Virus record (IMG/VR): IMGVR_UViG_3300028920_000029
Span: 64,001 to 128,000 of that record
Length of the DNA: 64,000 nt
From: a virus
Reading direction: 5' to 3' (one strand)
Shown: positions 10,801-20,500 of the stretch, in pieces
Position numbering within the stretch: position 1 is the stretch's first letter
Layout: each line of letters opens with the position of its first letter
Made by a program: the position numbers and the translations under genes
Notes under the pieces: generated by a model
Told to the model about the DNA's origin: nothing
Databases searched by the model: none
Seen by the model: the letters and a program-made list of their open reading frames with translations, nothing else

Positions 10801-11880
10801 TTAAAAGATGATGACGTAACTAATCTACAGTATGGAATATTCTTACCTCCGTTTGGCGGGGTTATTGATTCGATAGTATCTCAGGATTATACTCAGAAGG
10901 ATACTGGTGTATCTAATATTAAGGTTATAAAAATATCTGAGGATACTAGCGCGCAGGGTACTAAGTCGCGCTACAAGTTTGAAGTGTTAACAATAGATGC
11001 TACTGTAGATATACACGGGCAGTCAATAGAGTCTAAGAAGGCTGGTATGGTTACTCTTCCAAAGAATAACCTTGTAGCTCTTGAATCATCTCACTCCCTT
11101 AGTAGCGGACAGGTTCGTGTTGTAGACTTAAAAGGTGAAAAGGTAGGATTTTTTGAAACAAGAACTAAGGATTCATCCAGAAGGAGTATACCTCTTCCAG
11201 TTGGGTTGAGGCCTTCTACCCCGATTGATGTAATATTAAACGAACTTAAAACTGACGAGTTTAATTATACTAATTCTGGACCAGTAAATTTTACTACTAC
11301 AGCAAAAGATGTTAGAGTATTTGATGGTGAGATTAGTATGGGTCAGAACAGCGTTATGGTGTTTGTTTCTGATCTAAATTTTAGTCCACAAGTACAGGTT
11401 GGTAAACTTAATATACCTAATAAACCTAAAGACTTAGAGACTGTTGAAGGAGGAAATATTAAATTTGGTAACGTTAGTTGGGATTTAACTAAGGTATCCA
11501 TTATTCCAGAAACAGAACTTAGAGAGATACTTACGCAGGTATTGAGTAACTATACGGTTGGGTCATACAAAGATCTAGAGAAGTCATTACGGACACGAGT
11601 AAGTAAGAGTTATAAGAATGTTATAACAGAGACTCAGGTGGCCAAGCTTGTATCTTATCAACTACGTGGAGTAAGTTATCTTAGAAGTTTAGGTGTTCCT
11701 GGTGCAGGTATTAAAGATAAGAGAAGTGGTTCAGTATCTAGCGTTCCTAATGTTTCAGTACCTAGTAACACTATAACATCTTCTAATACGGGAGATGATA
11801 GTTCCAGCGCAGAAATAAAGGCTAACATCGTTAAGTCACAGAGTAAAGATAGCGACCCAGTAGTTAGAGGAGATAACTAA
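7831..11880 (+). CDS. Baseplate hub protein (gp27/gpD-like) with large insertions
   Basis: RLFAGVVTEV..SLSCKDMFYWL near the N-terminus and LRPDVVLGFPI..YYVNDINFS..FTTNIT further downstream are hub-type motifs. Confidence 0.7.
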   Translation: MATNYIVQSPRVLLFKNGNRVDIGLSNKDATDKNSFLDNIKLELDEHSSGRLENFNINANLDTEPNTMTLTIAIPIPEGIYSEGSNSFADSRFVDFKSPNVSWKPMDHIELYVSVSPEVEEFYRLFAGVVTEVKTDFKGYEMMISLSCKDMFYWLSKARINPRWSATEAVLRAGKVDSDQLKNIAYNTKYVGYSFKQIIEAILYNAAKDGKVEDETQFVALGEIDFASWMQLAGRESLIGDVIKDDLLDQQEYYRRAEKKYLEEARKNNVKIRPVDDRRIKIDRQGISKVVHQGKEAVFRGAISKAQVLQAAASNQINRRFVAQYWDTQFLEFIRKNYVSYGREYDWLTLPFPFSNGGNINFIEGTYSTRLELLKELTTLTMFEIYQSTQGWVFVKPPMYNMPPLTTIDAVELESTDRSLDINNVLTSVSTEGALVAGTGDDGVDTLSAQMKAVQVETNFPFIQGTYTCLFPKNFDASLTGAQQKNVKDIDRFSWGANIDSLSPNKGDGTDGVVQLNAFETFVRELKRLGKGNDKDKTVSELSEISTNIKGQVSLVDVKTTISTGKETSSGSEKEEYLMSKGSQQVDFAKVAQLLTFELLRKNLTRDVLNRVLTNEDTYLIFFQDLRAAATSFLNNATMSVSGDLGTHNSKLYARNVLSYITDLQSRYVNFIQAAAAEQNLGKVVEQDILNGSGNFKGLYDRMADIFSGSVDTTGSILYDPTNISLSGALSTTERNTLLDDPEGKDFSIYKFIAEATGSFYSRRSLLRDKDGNLVKTINYKQLKSELQKRKLAANTIPIDNKPSIVASATCTYKLDDRLKTVGDYNVMQHGFNSTKITNRMIRTQEQTTAFAKYFMYINNASLEKTKMVLKTLRPDVVLGFPILNNLDMNVYYVNDINFSLTAGNDFTTNITGIARRRPVWINSDVPEGNQIFNNPELKAKALINPKGNPEYSDILKYESEVAAEISGTNKSSGKYKLLGWEYYGPDESDLKDDDVTNLQYGIFLPPFGGVIDSIVSQDYTQKDTGVSNIKVIKISEDTSAQGTKSRYKFEVLTIDATVDIHGQSIESKKAGMVTLPKNNLVALESSHSLSSGQVRVVDLKGEKVGFFETRTKDSSRRSIPLPVGLRPSTPIDVILNELKTDEFNYTNSGPVNFTTTAKDVRVFDGEISMGQNSVMVFVSDLNFSPQVQVGKLNIPNKPKDLETVEGGNIKFGNVSWDLTKVSIIPETELREILTQVLSNYTVGSYKDLEKSLRTRVSKSYKNVITETQVAKLVSYQLRGVSYLRSLGVPGAGIKDKRSGSVSSVPNVSVPSNTITSSNTGDDSSSAEIKANIVKSQSKDSDPVVRGDN

Positions 11881-12782
11881 TGGCTGATATGAGAGCACGA
11901 CTACAAGGAGCCAAGAACAATTCTTGGATGACATCAGCGATATACCCCACGATAGGAGTAATAGATACTATTAATACTAACAACAACTCCGCAACTGTTA
12001 GGTCTACTAAGGGTGTTATAGAAAATGCTAGGCTTCCGTTGCCATACTATTCTACAGGTACTGGTATATTCTATACTCCAGTTAAGGGAGACTGTTGTAT
12101 GGTATCATATGAATCATCTGGTAAGCCGTTCATTACAGCGTTTTACCCTTTAAGGCCTGTGGATGAAAGCTCGGGAGTTAATAGGTTGTACCCTCCAGAG
12201 CATACATTAAAGATAAAGACTAAGGCTGGCGACGTAATAAACATGTCTGATAGTGAAGACGACGCCAGCATATCTATTAAGAGCCCGAAGGAAGTAGGTG
12301 TTAGGGTTAGGGATGAGAGTGACGCGGATAACGTAACTACTGTAGGTACCATGCTTTTGACTGATGATTCTAACGCTACAACATACTCCATTAGTGTAGG
12401 TAGAACAACAGTAGGAGCAATAAATGTTACACATAACGAGGAAGATAAAACGACTACTTTGTTCCTACAAGTAGGTAACCATACGTTAACTATGGAAGAT
12501 ATCGACGGAACTGGGAGCTTTAATTTGACTATAGGAGATTCAACTGTTATAATAGATAGTGGAGATATAAAACTAGACGCGGGAACCAATAACGTCGAAG
12601 TAAGCGGAGCAAGTATCAACCTCAATTCTACAGGGCTTGGGGGTAACGTAGTTACTATGCCCGCACTTAGACGTATATTAACACAGGGTAGCCTTAGCGG
12701 CGACGTAGCAAAGACTAACTTTTTAGCGGCGATAAGTGCTGCGGAACAGGAAGTTAACTCTGCTCCAGCAGTTAATATATAG
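11880..12782 (+). CDS. Baseplate central spike (gpV/gp5-like OB fold plus beta-helix)
   Basis: GVIDTIN..ATV..GIFYTPVKGDCCMVSY OB-fold motif followed by repetitive beta strands. Confidence 0.75.
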   Translation: MADMRARLQGAKNNSWMTSAIYPTIGVIDTINTNNNSATVRSTKGVIENARLPLPYYSTGTGIFYTPVKGDCCMVSYESSGKPFITAFYPLRPVDESSGVNRLYPPEHTLKIKTKAGDVINMSDSEDDASISIKSPKEVGVRVRDESDADNVTTVGTMLLTDDSNATTYSISVGRTTVGAINVTHNEEDKTTTLFLQVGNHTLTMEDIDGTGSFNLTIGDSTVIIDSGDIKLDAGTNNVEVSGASINLNSTGLGGNVVTMPALRRILTQGSLSGDVAKTNFLAAISAAEQEVNSAPAVNI

Positions 12783-12792
12783 GAGGACATTG

Positions 12793-13758
12793 ATGAGCTT
12801 TGATCTCGATTACGTAATGGTAGATTGCGACCACAGGATACATGACATACTTATACAAGAAGCCGTAAGTCCAGAGATATTTGTGGCTGATGGTGCGTCA
12901 GTATGTGGTAGCTCGTTATGTGGTTCAACTGTTGATACCGTAGGTCAGGCATCCTATGCTACCTCTAATTTGTTTGGGACCAAAGGAACTTTTACTAAGC
13001 TTGGTAACGGTAACACCCAAGCTGTAATCGATATAGATATACAGCCAGCGTCTAACATAAGACTATTTGTAAGGAAGCCTGGGGAGTACCAAAGGTATGA
13101 AGTATTTCCTACTGGGTATACAGAGAGTCTTATCAACGCAGTTTATGGTGATGGACTTGTGTACGGTAATTTTATATATGACGCTCCTTCTCTTTATGAG
13201 GATGTTACCGAAAACACAGAGACACTTTGGGAAATGGATTATAGAAATAGTCAGCTAACTATATATAGATATGATAATATGTTTGACTGGTATATAGATT
13301 ACAACGTAGGGCTAACAGATTGTCCTTTCTGTAAGGGATCTGGAGTAGAGAATGATCTGGTTGTAAACAACATAGGAAGAATGTCCCTGGCTGTAGATAC
13401 GGACAAGCTGGTACAAACCGTAATGAAAGCCGTACTTACCGAGAAAGGAAAGAATCCATACAATCCTTCGTATGGTACTATGATAAAATCTTTGATAGGT
13501 CAGAAGTTTATTATGTCTGGGTTCTTATTAAGGCAGGAAATTATGGATCAGCTGGAGCAAATTAAGAAATTACAAAATGCAGTTATGCGAGCAGCTCCAG
13601 ATTTCTATTCACCATATGAGGTATTATATGATATAGTCGGAGCGCAGATCCTTCCGACGTCCGACCCGCGCCAGATAGATTTAAAGCTTGTGCTTAAGTC
13701 TCTGGCACTAGATAGGGTTGGAACAAAAACTATAAAGATATCTGCTGTAGGAGGTTAG
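12793..13758 (+). CDS. gp25-like baseplate wedge/sheath initiator with Cys-containing N-terminal extension
   Basis: C-terminal KLVQTVMKAVLTEKGKNPYNPSYGT..LIG motif; start moved to ATG 12793 after AGGAGG. Confidence 0.75.
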   Translation: MSFDLDYVMVDCDHRIHDILIQEAVSPEIFVADGASVCGSSLCGSTVDTVGQASYATSNLFGTKGTFTKLGNGNTQAVIDIDIQPASNIRLFVRKPGEYQRYEVFPTGYTESLINAVYGDGLVYGNFIYDAPSLYEDVTENTETLWEMDYRNSQLTIYRYDNMFDWYIDYNVGLTDCPFCKGSGVENDLVVNNIGRMSLAVDTDKLVQTVMKAVLTEKGKNPYNPSYGTMIKSLIGQKFIMSGFLLRQEIMDQLEQIKKLQNAVMRAAPDFYSPYEVLYDIVGAQILPTSDPRQIDLKLVLKSLALDRVGTKTIKISAVGG

Positions 13759-13760
13759 TA

Positions 13761-15533
13761 ATGCCGATACTTAATACTAAGACAAAGGCTCAGCTAATAG
13801 AAGAGATAATCAATTTTATACGTAGTAGGTTTAGGAACATAGATATGTCTCCTGGCCAGGTAGCCAGAGATCTTCTGGTTGAAGCACCAGCAGAGTTTAT
13901 GTATGACAACTACGTACTGGTTAACTTCTTGAACGCTGCCATCAATCTTAACAACTTAGAAAGTTATATTCTTAATGAGGACCTTAGGGTTGAACTAGCT
14001 AATTTGTTAAGCGTTTCCATTTCTGATGTTGATAATATGATAACTGAGGTTTTAGTTTTGCACGGGGAGAACTATGGTATAATAAGAAAGGAAGCTACTA
14101 AGGCTTCTGGTACCTTAAGCTTTACTACGACAACACGTCCAACATCAGCAACGTCTATAGCTTCTGGAACAATATGTCAGATACCAGAATCAAACCTGAC
14201 GTTTAGTACTACTGCTGAAATAACAATACCAGCGAACCCAACGGCAGCATACTTTAACTTCGACAATAATGTGTGGGAGTTTAAGGTTCTCGCTTCTAGC
14301 GGCGGTGGTGGTTCAGTATACAACGTACCTCCGCACACAGTAACGGCTGTCCAGCCAGGACAAAGTGTAAGCTTTAACGTAACAAACTATAATTCTTTTA
14401 CGGGTGGTACAGACGTGGAGAGCAATGCATCACTCATCACAAGAATAAAGGAAGCGTTGGCAGGTAACTTCCACGGAACTGCAAGCGCAATACTTAGTAC
14501 AGTATTATCATATCCTTTTATAGATGCAGCAGAGTTAGCTTACCTACCCACAGATCCGTCAAAGGTTAGAGAGGGGTTAAGTCAGATAGATGTTTTTGTT
14601 AAGTCTGATGCTACTAACAGGACTACAGATACCGAATCTTCGTACGCGACTAATCCTATAGTATTGGGTAATACGTACGCTACGAGCGTATACTCAGTAC
14701 TAATATCTACTAACAGTTATACTATCTCGTCAGTATTTTATGATTTAGAGATTGGTGACTTAGGTACATCCTACGTTAGATTCTCTGACATATCAGAAAG
14801 TATAACAGCTACAAGGAGTGACAGTCTAGGTTCTGGAGAAGAGTACATATCTTTAAGTGGAGGAGATACACTGCAACTTATAAACTCTGGAGTAGAGATA
14901 GACTTTCCAGACCCATCTGCAGGTAATCCTATTAGTACTGATGGAAGGATAACAGTAACCCTTTATGATTCGGATGGTACCTCTACAGACGATACAGCTA
15001 ATTGGAGTTATACAGATAGTCCGTCTACAATAGAGAGATCATCTGCAGTTGCTTCAACTACAGTTAGGATTGCGGTTGGTGTAACTCCAGCTACTGGAGA
15101 CGCCGTAGATATAGATTACTTATATAACCAAGCTATAGTTGATGTAGTAAATTATTTAAACAGTGACGCCGTTGTATTTATGGGACAGGATATTCAGCTG
15201 TTTCCAGCCGAACAGTCATCTATCTATATAGATATGAGGGTACAGATAGAAACATCCTATAGCTCAGAAACTAAACGCTCCGAGATTACTACAGCAGTTA
15301 CTGAGTTTATTACTGGGTTAGGACTTGGATCTTCAATAAACAAATCAGATATACTTGATATAGTATTAGACATAGCGGGTGTAGTGGATGTAGACTTAGG
15401 TAACATGACACTTGGTATAGGTACTGAGGATAGCCCACCAGAAGTATCTGGTGATTTAACGCTTGATACAGACCAGTATCCTATAATGGGGTATTTAAAT
15501 TTAACATTAACGAACGCTAATATAAAAAACTGA
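13761..15533 (+). CDS. Baseplate J-like wedge protein
   Basis: GENYGIIRKEATKASG, FTGGTDVESNASLITRI and C-terminal LGLGSSI..IAGVVDV motifs. Confidence 0.88.
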   Translation: MPILNTKTKAQLIEEIINFIRSRFRNIDMSPGQVARDLLVEAPAEFMYDNYVLVNFLNAAINLNNLESYILNEDLRVELANLLSVSISDVDNMITEVLVLHGENYGIIRKEATKASGTLSFTTTTRPTSATSIASGTICQIPESNLTFSTTAEITIPANPTAAYFNFDNNVWEFKVLASSGGGGSVYNVPPHTVTAVQPGQSVSFNVTNYNSFTGGTDVESNASLITRIKEALAGNFHGTASAILSTVLSYPFIDAAELAYLPTDPSKVREGLSQIDVFVKSDATNRTTDTESSYATNPIVLGNTYATSVYSVLISTNSYTISSVFYDLEIGDLGTSYVRFSDISESITATRSDSLGSGEEYISLSGGDTLQLINSGVEIDFPDPSAGNPISTDGRITVTLYDSDGTSTDDTANWSYTDSPSTIERSSAVASTTVRIAVGVTPATGDAVDIDYLYNQAIVDVVNYLNSDAVVFMGQDIQLFPAEQSSIYIDMRVQIETSYSSETKRSEITTAVTEFITGLGLGSSINKSDILDIVLDIAGVVDVDLGNMTLGIGTEDSPPEVSGDLTLDTDQYPIMGYLNLTLTNANIKN

Positions 15534-15542
15534 GGTGGATAA

Positions 15543-17381
15543 ATGGCAGTAAGTCTGGGTACGGACAGGAAGATACCAGATTATCTTCTATCTAGAATAG
15601 ATGGAAGTACAAGAGATGTTATTTATAAGGCCGTAGAAGAGTGGGATAACATTGAAATACACGATAAGGTTATAGATATACTTAATGACCTATTTGTTTT
15701 AACGGCTAGTGATGATGGGCTTAAGATATGGGAAGCCTTTTATCGTAAGAAACCTTACTCTATGCCGCCTACTGAGTGGAGACAGCTAGTATATCTACTT
15801 AACACCACAGTTATCAACGGCCCCACGGTGTCAAATATTGAGGCTTTACTAGGGTTTTTTGATAGCGGAGCTACGTTAACTCTTGTAGAATCTTCGGTAA
15901 TATATAGTGAGGATACTGACTTTACTGACCTATCCTCAGAGACTACCATAGTCAGTGAGCAGTCTACTATATCATCAGACGCAACTGGCACGTGGGATGA
16001 TGAGTTCTTTTTACTTAGGGCTGATACAAAGATATATAAGATATCAGATTTCCAAGAGAGAATAGATGGGTATGCACAACTGTTGTTCGACCTATTAAAC
16101 AAGGTGCTTCCAGCTAATGTCCGTGTGGTTATAGAGGAGTTCGAGAGTCAGTTATCTTCTACTGATATAACTTCCGATACGGAGGCTTCTACTCCTCCTT
16201 CTGCTATATCAGATAACTATATGGTAGCTACGTTTCAGCTTCCGTGGTTATCTAGGGGCGGACTACCAATCTTTGCTTTGTATGATTGGGAAGCTCAAAC
16301 CTATATACAGGAGACTATTATAACTGTACCATCTGCTTCGGGCATGTCTTTACTCCAGGCAGACCTAATAAACAACAACGCTTTGCTTGCTTTATGGTAC
16401 AAAAAACTTGATGGTAAGTTAAGGATTTATTTGTATAATACATCTACAGGTTATCATGAAATACTTATGGATAACGTGCACGTGTATTCTATGAACGCAG
16501 CAGCACATGCTTGGTTAAAGCACGGGCTTGTACTACATGATGCGGCTACAGAAACTGTGAGAGTAGCGTTGTATAAACCTAAGAGTGTGTATGGTTCTGA
16601 CGGAACCGTAACAGCAGTAAAGAGTGGAGAGTATACTGGAGTTACATCACAGCTTAACTCAGGAGAAACCATTAAAGCGCTGGCTCCTAGGAAGTGGAAC
16701 CAGGGAACACAGGCTGAAACCGTAATGTTTGTTACGTCTTCGTCAAGAGTATTCAGTGCTACTCCATGGCCAGACCAGGTTAGCAGTCCCGCACCAACAT
16801 TAAAGTTTAATAATACTGATAGTACTACGGCGTTGTCGACACTAATAAACAGAGTACCTAAGTTCTTTGCACCTACGGATGATTGTTTGGTAGCAGTAAA
16901 TCCTTACTTTGGAAGCTACCCTAATAGAAATAGGATAGTTGTATTGTCTGAAACTGCTGGTACTATAAACCCAGCGCTGACGGTTGACGGGTTAGCTAAA
17001 GGTATAGATTTGCCGTTAGTATTTATGAAGGATCGAATGATAATACAGAGTGGTTACAGGAGCCCAGATGATATCCATGCTCCTAAGGTACCTTACAAGT
17101 CCAGCATACCATTTACATCGTTTGGTACAAAGATAGTAACATTGGATAAAGATTACTACTATCCAATTGAAGTAGCCAACTCATCTAAGAGTTTTGCTGT
17201 GGCAAATGGTACAGCGTCAGGACTTAGAGTTGCAATACATAGAAACTTTTTAACAGAGGTACTTAGAAAAGAAGGGGCCGACACTACTGACATGGATACC
17301 TATTCAGTAGAGACACGGCTGTTACCTCCACTGCTGCAGAGTAATGGAGCTGGTAACGTACTTAAAATATACAGAGTGTAA
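15543..17381 (+). CDS. Baseplate wedge (P2 gpI/Mu gp48-like N-terminus) with C-terminal beta-rich domain
   Basis: LTASDDGLKIWE..GPTVSNIEALL..LLNKVLPANV directly after J. Confidence 0.65.
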   Translation: MAVSLGTDRKIPDYLLSRIDGSTRDVIYKAVEEWDNIEIHDKVIDILNDLFVLTASDDGLKIWEAFYRKKPYSMPPTEWRQLVYLLNTTVINGPTVSNIEALLGFFDSGATLTLVESSVIYSEDTDFTDLSSETTIVSEQSTISSDATGTWDDEFFLLRADTKIYKISDFQERIDGYAQLLFDLLNKVLPANVRVVIEEFESQLSSTDITSDTEASTPPSAISDNYMVATFQLPWLSRGGLPIFALYDWEAQTYIQETIITVPSASGMSLLQADLINNNALLALWYKKLDGKLRIYLYNTSTGYHEILMDNVHVYSMNAAAHAWLKHGLVLHDAATETVRVALYKPKSVYGSDGTVTAVKSGEYTGVTSQLNSGETIKALAPRKWNQGTQAETVMFVTSSSRVFSATPWPDQVSSPAPTLKFNNTDSTTALSTLINRVPKFFAPTDDCLVAVNPYFGSYPNRNRIVVLSETAGTINPALTVDGLAKGIDLPLVFMKDRMIIQSGYRSPDDIHAPKVPYKSSIPFTSFGTKIVTLDKDYYYPIEVANSSKSFAVANGTASGLRVAIHRNFLTEVLRKEGADTTDMDTYSVETRLLPPLLQSNGAGNVLKIYRV

Positions 17382-17392
17382 GGAGGATTACT

Positions 17393-17557
17393 ATGAAGGT
17401 TAAAATTATTAAGGCCATTTACAAAGTGGTAAAGACGTACATACTTAAAGAAGCTAAGGCTACTGGTAACAAAGAGTTTGAAGATAAAGTTACTGCTGCC
17501 TTAGAAGTAATAGAAGACGTGTTTGATTCTATAGTGAAGAACACTAAGAAATCCTAA
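17393..17557 (+). CDS. 54-aa amphipathic helical protein (not in ORF track)
   Basis: AAGGAGG RBS; MKVKIIKAIYKVVKTYILKEAK...TKKS* fills the gap between two genes exactly. Confidence 0.7.
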   Translation: MKVKIIKAIYKVVKTYILKEAKATGNKEFEDKVTAALEVIEDVFDSIVKNTKKS

Positions 17558-17567
17558 GGAGGTAAGT

Positions 17568-20500
17568 ATGCTTAGGTTGTTTAGAGGATTGTTTAAGAAA
17601 GCTCAGAGTAATGAAATACTGACAAAGCTTAAGGAGTTATCAGGTAAGTCTGATGGTATGCTGCCGTTAAAACTTATGGCTATTGTTATATCTAACGCGC
17701 AAAAGTCTTATGGTTTGAAGAACCCTCCAGCAGTTAACATAGGAATTATAGAGACCAGTGCTAACGTTGCGGGTGTTGGTGAAGAGTACAAGACTTTTGT
17801 AGAGGAACCTCTGAAAGATATTATATTAAAGATGAAAGACCCAACCAACTTAACGGACGAAAGCTATACTGAGTTTGCAGATACTATAGATAAGGTGTCC
17901 GAAGATTTTACTAATGTGTGGAAAGAGGTTAGAGAGTCAGCACCTGAAGCGGGCCCGACAAAGAAAAAGAAAAGCCCACCCAAAGAAAAGTCTGTTGTTC
18001 CAGATGACTTAATAAAAATACTCATAACCAAGGAATCTCTTGGTAAGCTGCAAGATGAATCTGTGGACGCTATGTACGAAGCCGTTCAGAATCTTCCTGC
18101 AGTTAAGACTATGTTGGCTAAAGTTAAGTCAGAAGGAGACTCCATTGATAAGTTATATAATACTTTTCAGCTAGCTGGTAAGGCAATGATAGATAACTTC
18201 TTTAAAGATTCTGCAGCTACATCACTGGCGTCGATTATAGGAGATAACAGAGATGAACTAACTGCTGAAATTAAAGAAGGTATGACTGGTGACAACGCCA
18301 AGTTTAGGACTGGAAGTCCAGAAATTATAAGGGAAATCACAAGGCCTTTGCTTGCGTCGTTGGTTGCAGAGTATTGTTTAGGTTCGTTCGACCAGCAGAT
18401 TAACACGCTTATAAATCCTTCTGGAGCTGAGGAAGGCGTAGATGATGAACGTATAACAGCCATTACTTCAGAGAATTCTGACCAATATATTACACAAATA
18501 CTTGACAGAGAACAGCAAAGTGTACGTGCGTTAAAGGAACAGCTTGCTATGTCTGAGGAATCGGATGCCCCCACGTTTTACTTTGCGTCTGCAGATAGAA
18601 TAATATTTACCACTGAGGGCCGCAAACTACTCTTAAGTATTTGGAAAGAAAGGATGTACGGAAGTACTGGTGAGGTAATAGTAGGTTTGTTCCAAAGTAG
18701 AGTGAGAAGAATACAGGAAGAAAGTACTGGTGAAGCACCTCAGGAAACCTCAGAAGAACAGTCAGGTTTAGAGAAGGGACTATTCGATAGGTTAGCTAAG
18801 AGTATAAGTATCATAAATGTTAAGCATGACTACGTAGCTCTCATTCCCTCGGAAGTAAAGATGGTTGAGTTCTTAGTTGGGTTAGGGTTAGGGGACTATA
18901 ATGTTCCTAAGTTTTCTATTGTAGCCTATAAAGAAGGTACTGGTGAGAGTCACTTTAAAGATATCGGTGTGCACAACGCTATAGTATTCTTAGGTTCTAA
19001 TGGAATACTGCCTAGAGTTGTTCCAGTAACTGCTTCAGCTAAGTGGGAGTACACAGTTAATGCTCCTATCAACTTGAGTATGGCGGCTAAGAGTAGTGCA
19101 GAACAGGGGTGGTTTTTTCTCCTACTGCAGTTTATAATGAACTCAAATTCAAAAGGATTGCATTGGCTACAGCAGGCTATAGCTTTGTGGGATGAAAGGT
19201 TTGAAGCCTACAGAGATGTTCCTGCTTCTAAGATGTTAGATATGGCAGACAAAACTCTAGGTACTGCCAAAGACATAATTAGTAGTGGTGGAGCTAAGGG
19301 AGGTCCTGGTGCTCCAGTGGGAGGAGATGTACCTCTGCCTACCCAGAAAGGTGTGCCGTTTGAGCCTTCACCGTTTACTGGTGAGGCAAGGTTTACCCTT
19401 AGGTCTTTAAAGAGACTAGCTGCGGAGGCCAAAGAAAAAACTAGAAACAAATACTATACCGCAGATGATATAGTTAGAGCCGTATGTACGGAGTTAAAGG
19501 CTAGTAAGAACAAAGCTATAGACGTAGATATAAGTTGGACGTACGATGATGGCAACATAGATTCTTTTGTGTTGTTCTCTGTCACATTACATAATGTTAA
19601 GTTTAATACTCCTCTACAGTATAAGTTCGACTTGGGAGATGATGACGTAAAGAAAGAGCTTCAAAACCCAAAGAAGTTATTATCTTTAGGAAGCTTAGAA
19701 AAGCATAGGATAGGTAACACGGATATGTTTCTTATAGAGAACTCAACCAGCTACGCTAGCAGAAGTATGACAAGTTACGCGTCAGTGTTGGTTCCGTTTA
19801 CTAAAGTATTTAAGCAGGTAGATGCGGAACTAGATCCTAGGGCGTTCATACCTAGACACGAAACTGAAGTAGTAAAGCTAAGTGCTGGGGCAGAAGTATA
19901 TGATAGAACCGACAAAGCTGTGGAGAAAGAAGAAACAGACAAGGTAGTATCCAGCGGTAGAGATTTAATGTCGCTGATAAACAATACATTAAACACCAGA
20001 CTTATAGTTCCTGGGTTTGATAAGTCGCTAAACAAAACGGTTAAGGACCTTAAAGAGTCTGACAACCTTGATCAGCTTGCTGGTAGTTTGGAGATGGAAC
20101 TAGTGTACGCTCCGCTTGTGCTACTTAAGAACAAGTTAGCCAAGAACTTACGCAACACTACACCAGAAATGCAGGCGAAGGTTACGGCGTATACTGTTCA
20201 GCTTCGTAAGTTTATAACTGAAGTAAGTGCGTTGGCTACTAAAACTACTGCGTGTATGTTTGACTACGACAAGTATAGTGATAAAGATATCAAAGCGCAG
20301 CACGATAGATATATAGGTAATACCTTTAACGAAGCTTTGGATGCTGTATCTGGACTTCAGTCCTCTTCGGCATCTATCATATCAGACACAGTAAATACTG
20401 ACCAGGTTACTTACACATATACTGGGACAGCAGAGAAAGATTCAACCGCGGTAAAGCAATCCAACTTAGTGAATAAAATACAAAGGAGTTCAGACTTCTT

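Noticed and set aside
1384-17381. Bacterial tailocin/eCIS rather than phage
   Set aside because: The flanking region is phage-like (ligase, tRNA, dense small early genes) with no host housekeeping genes.
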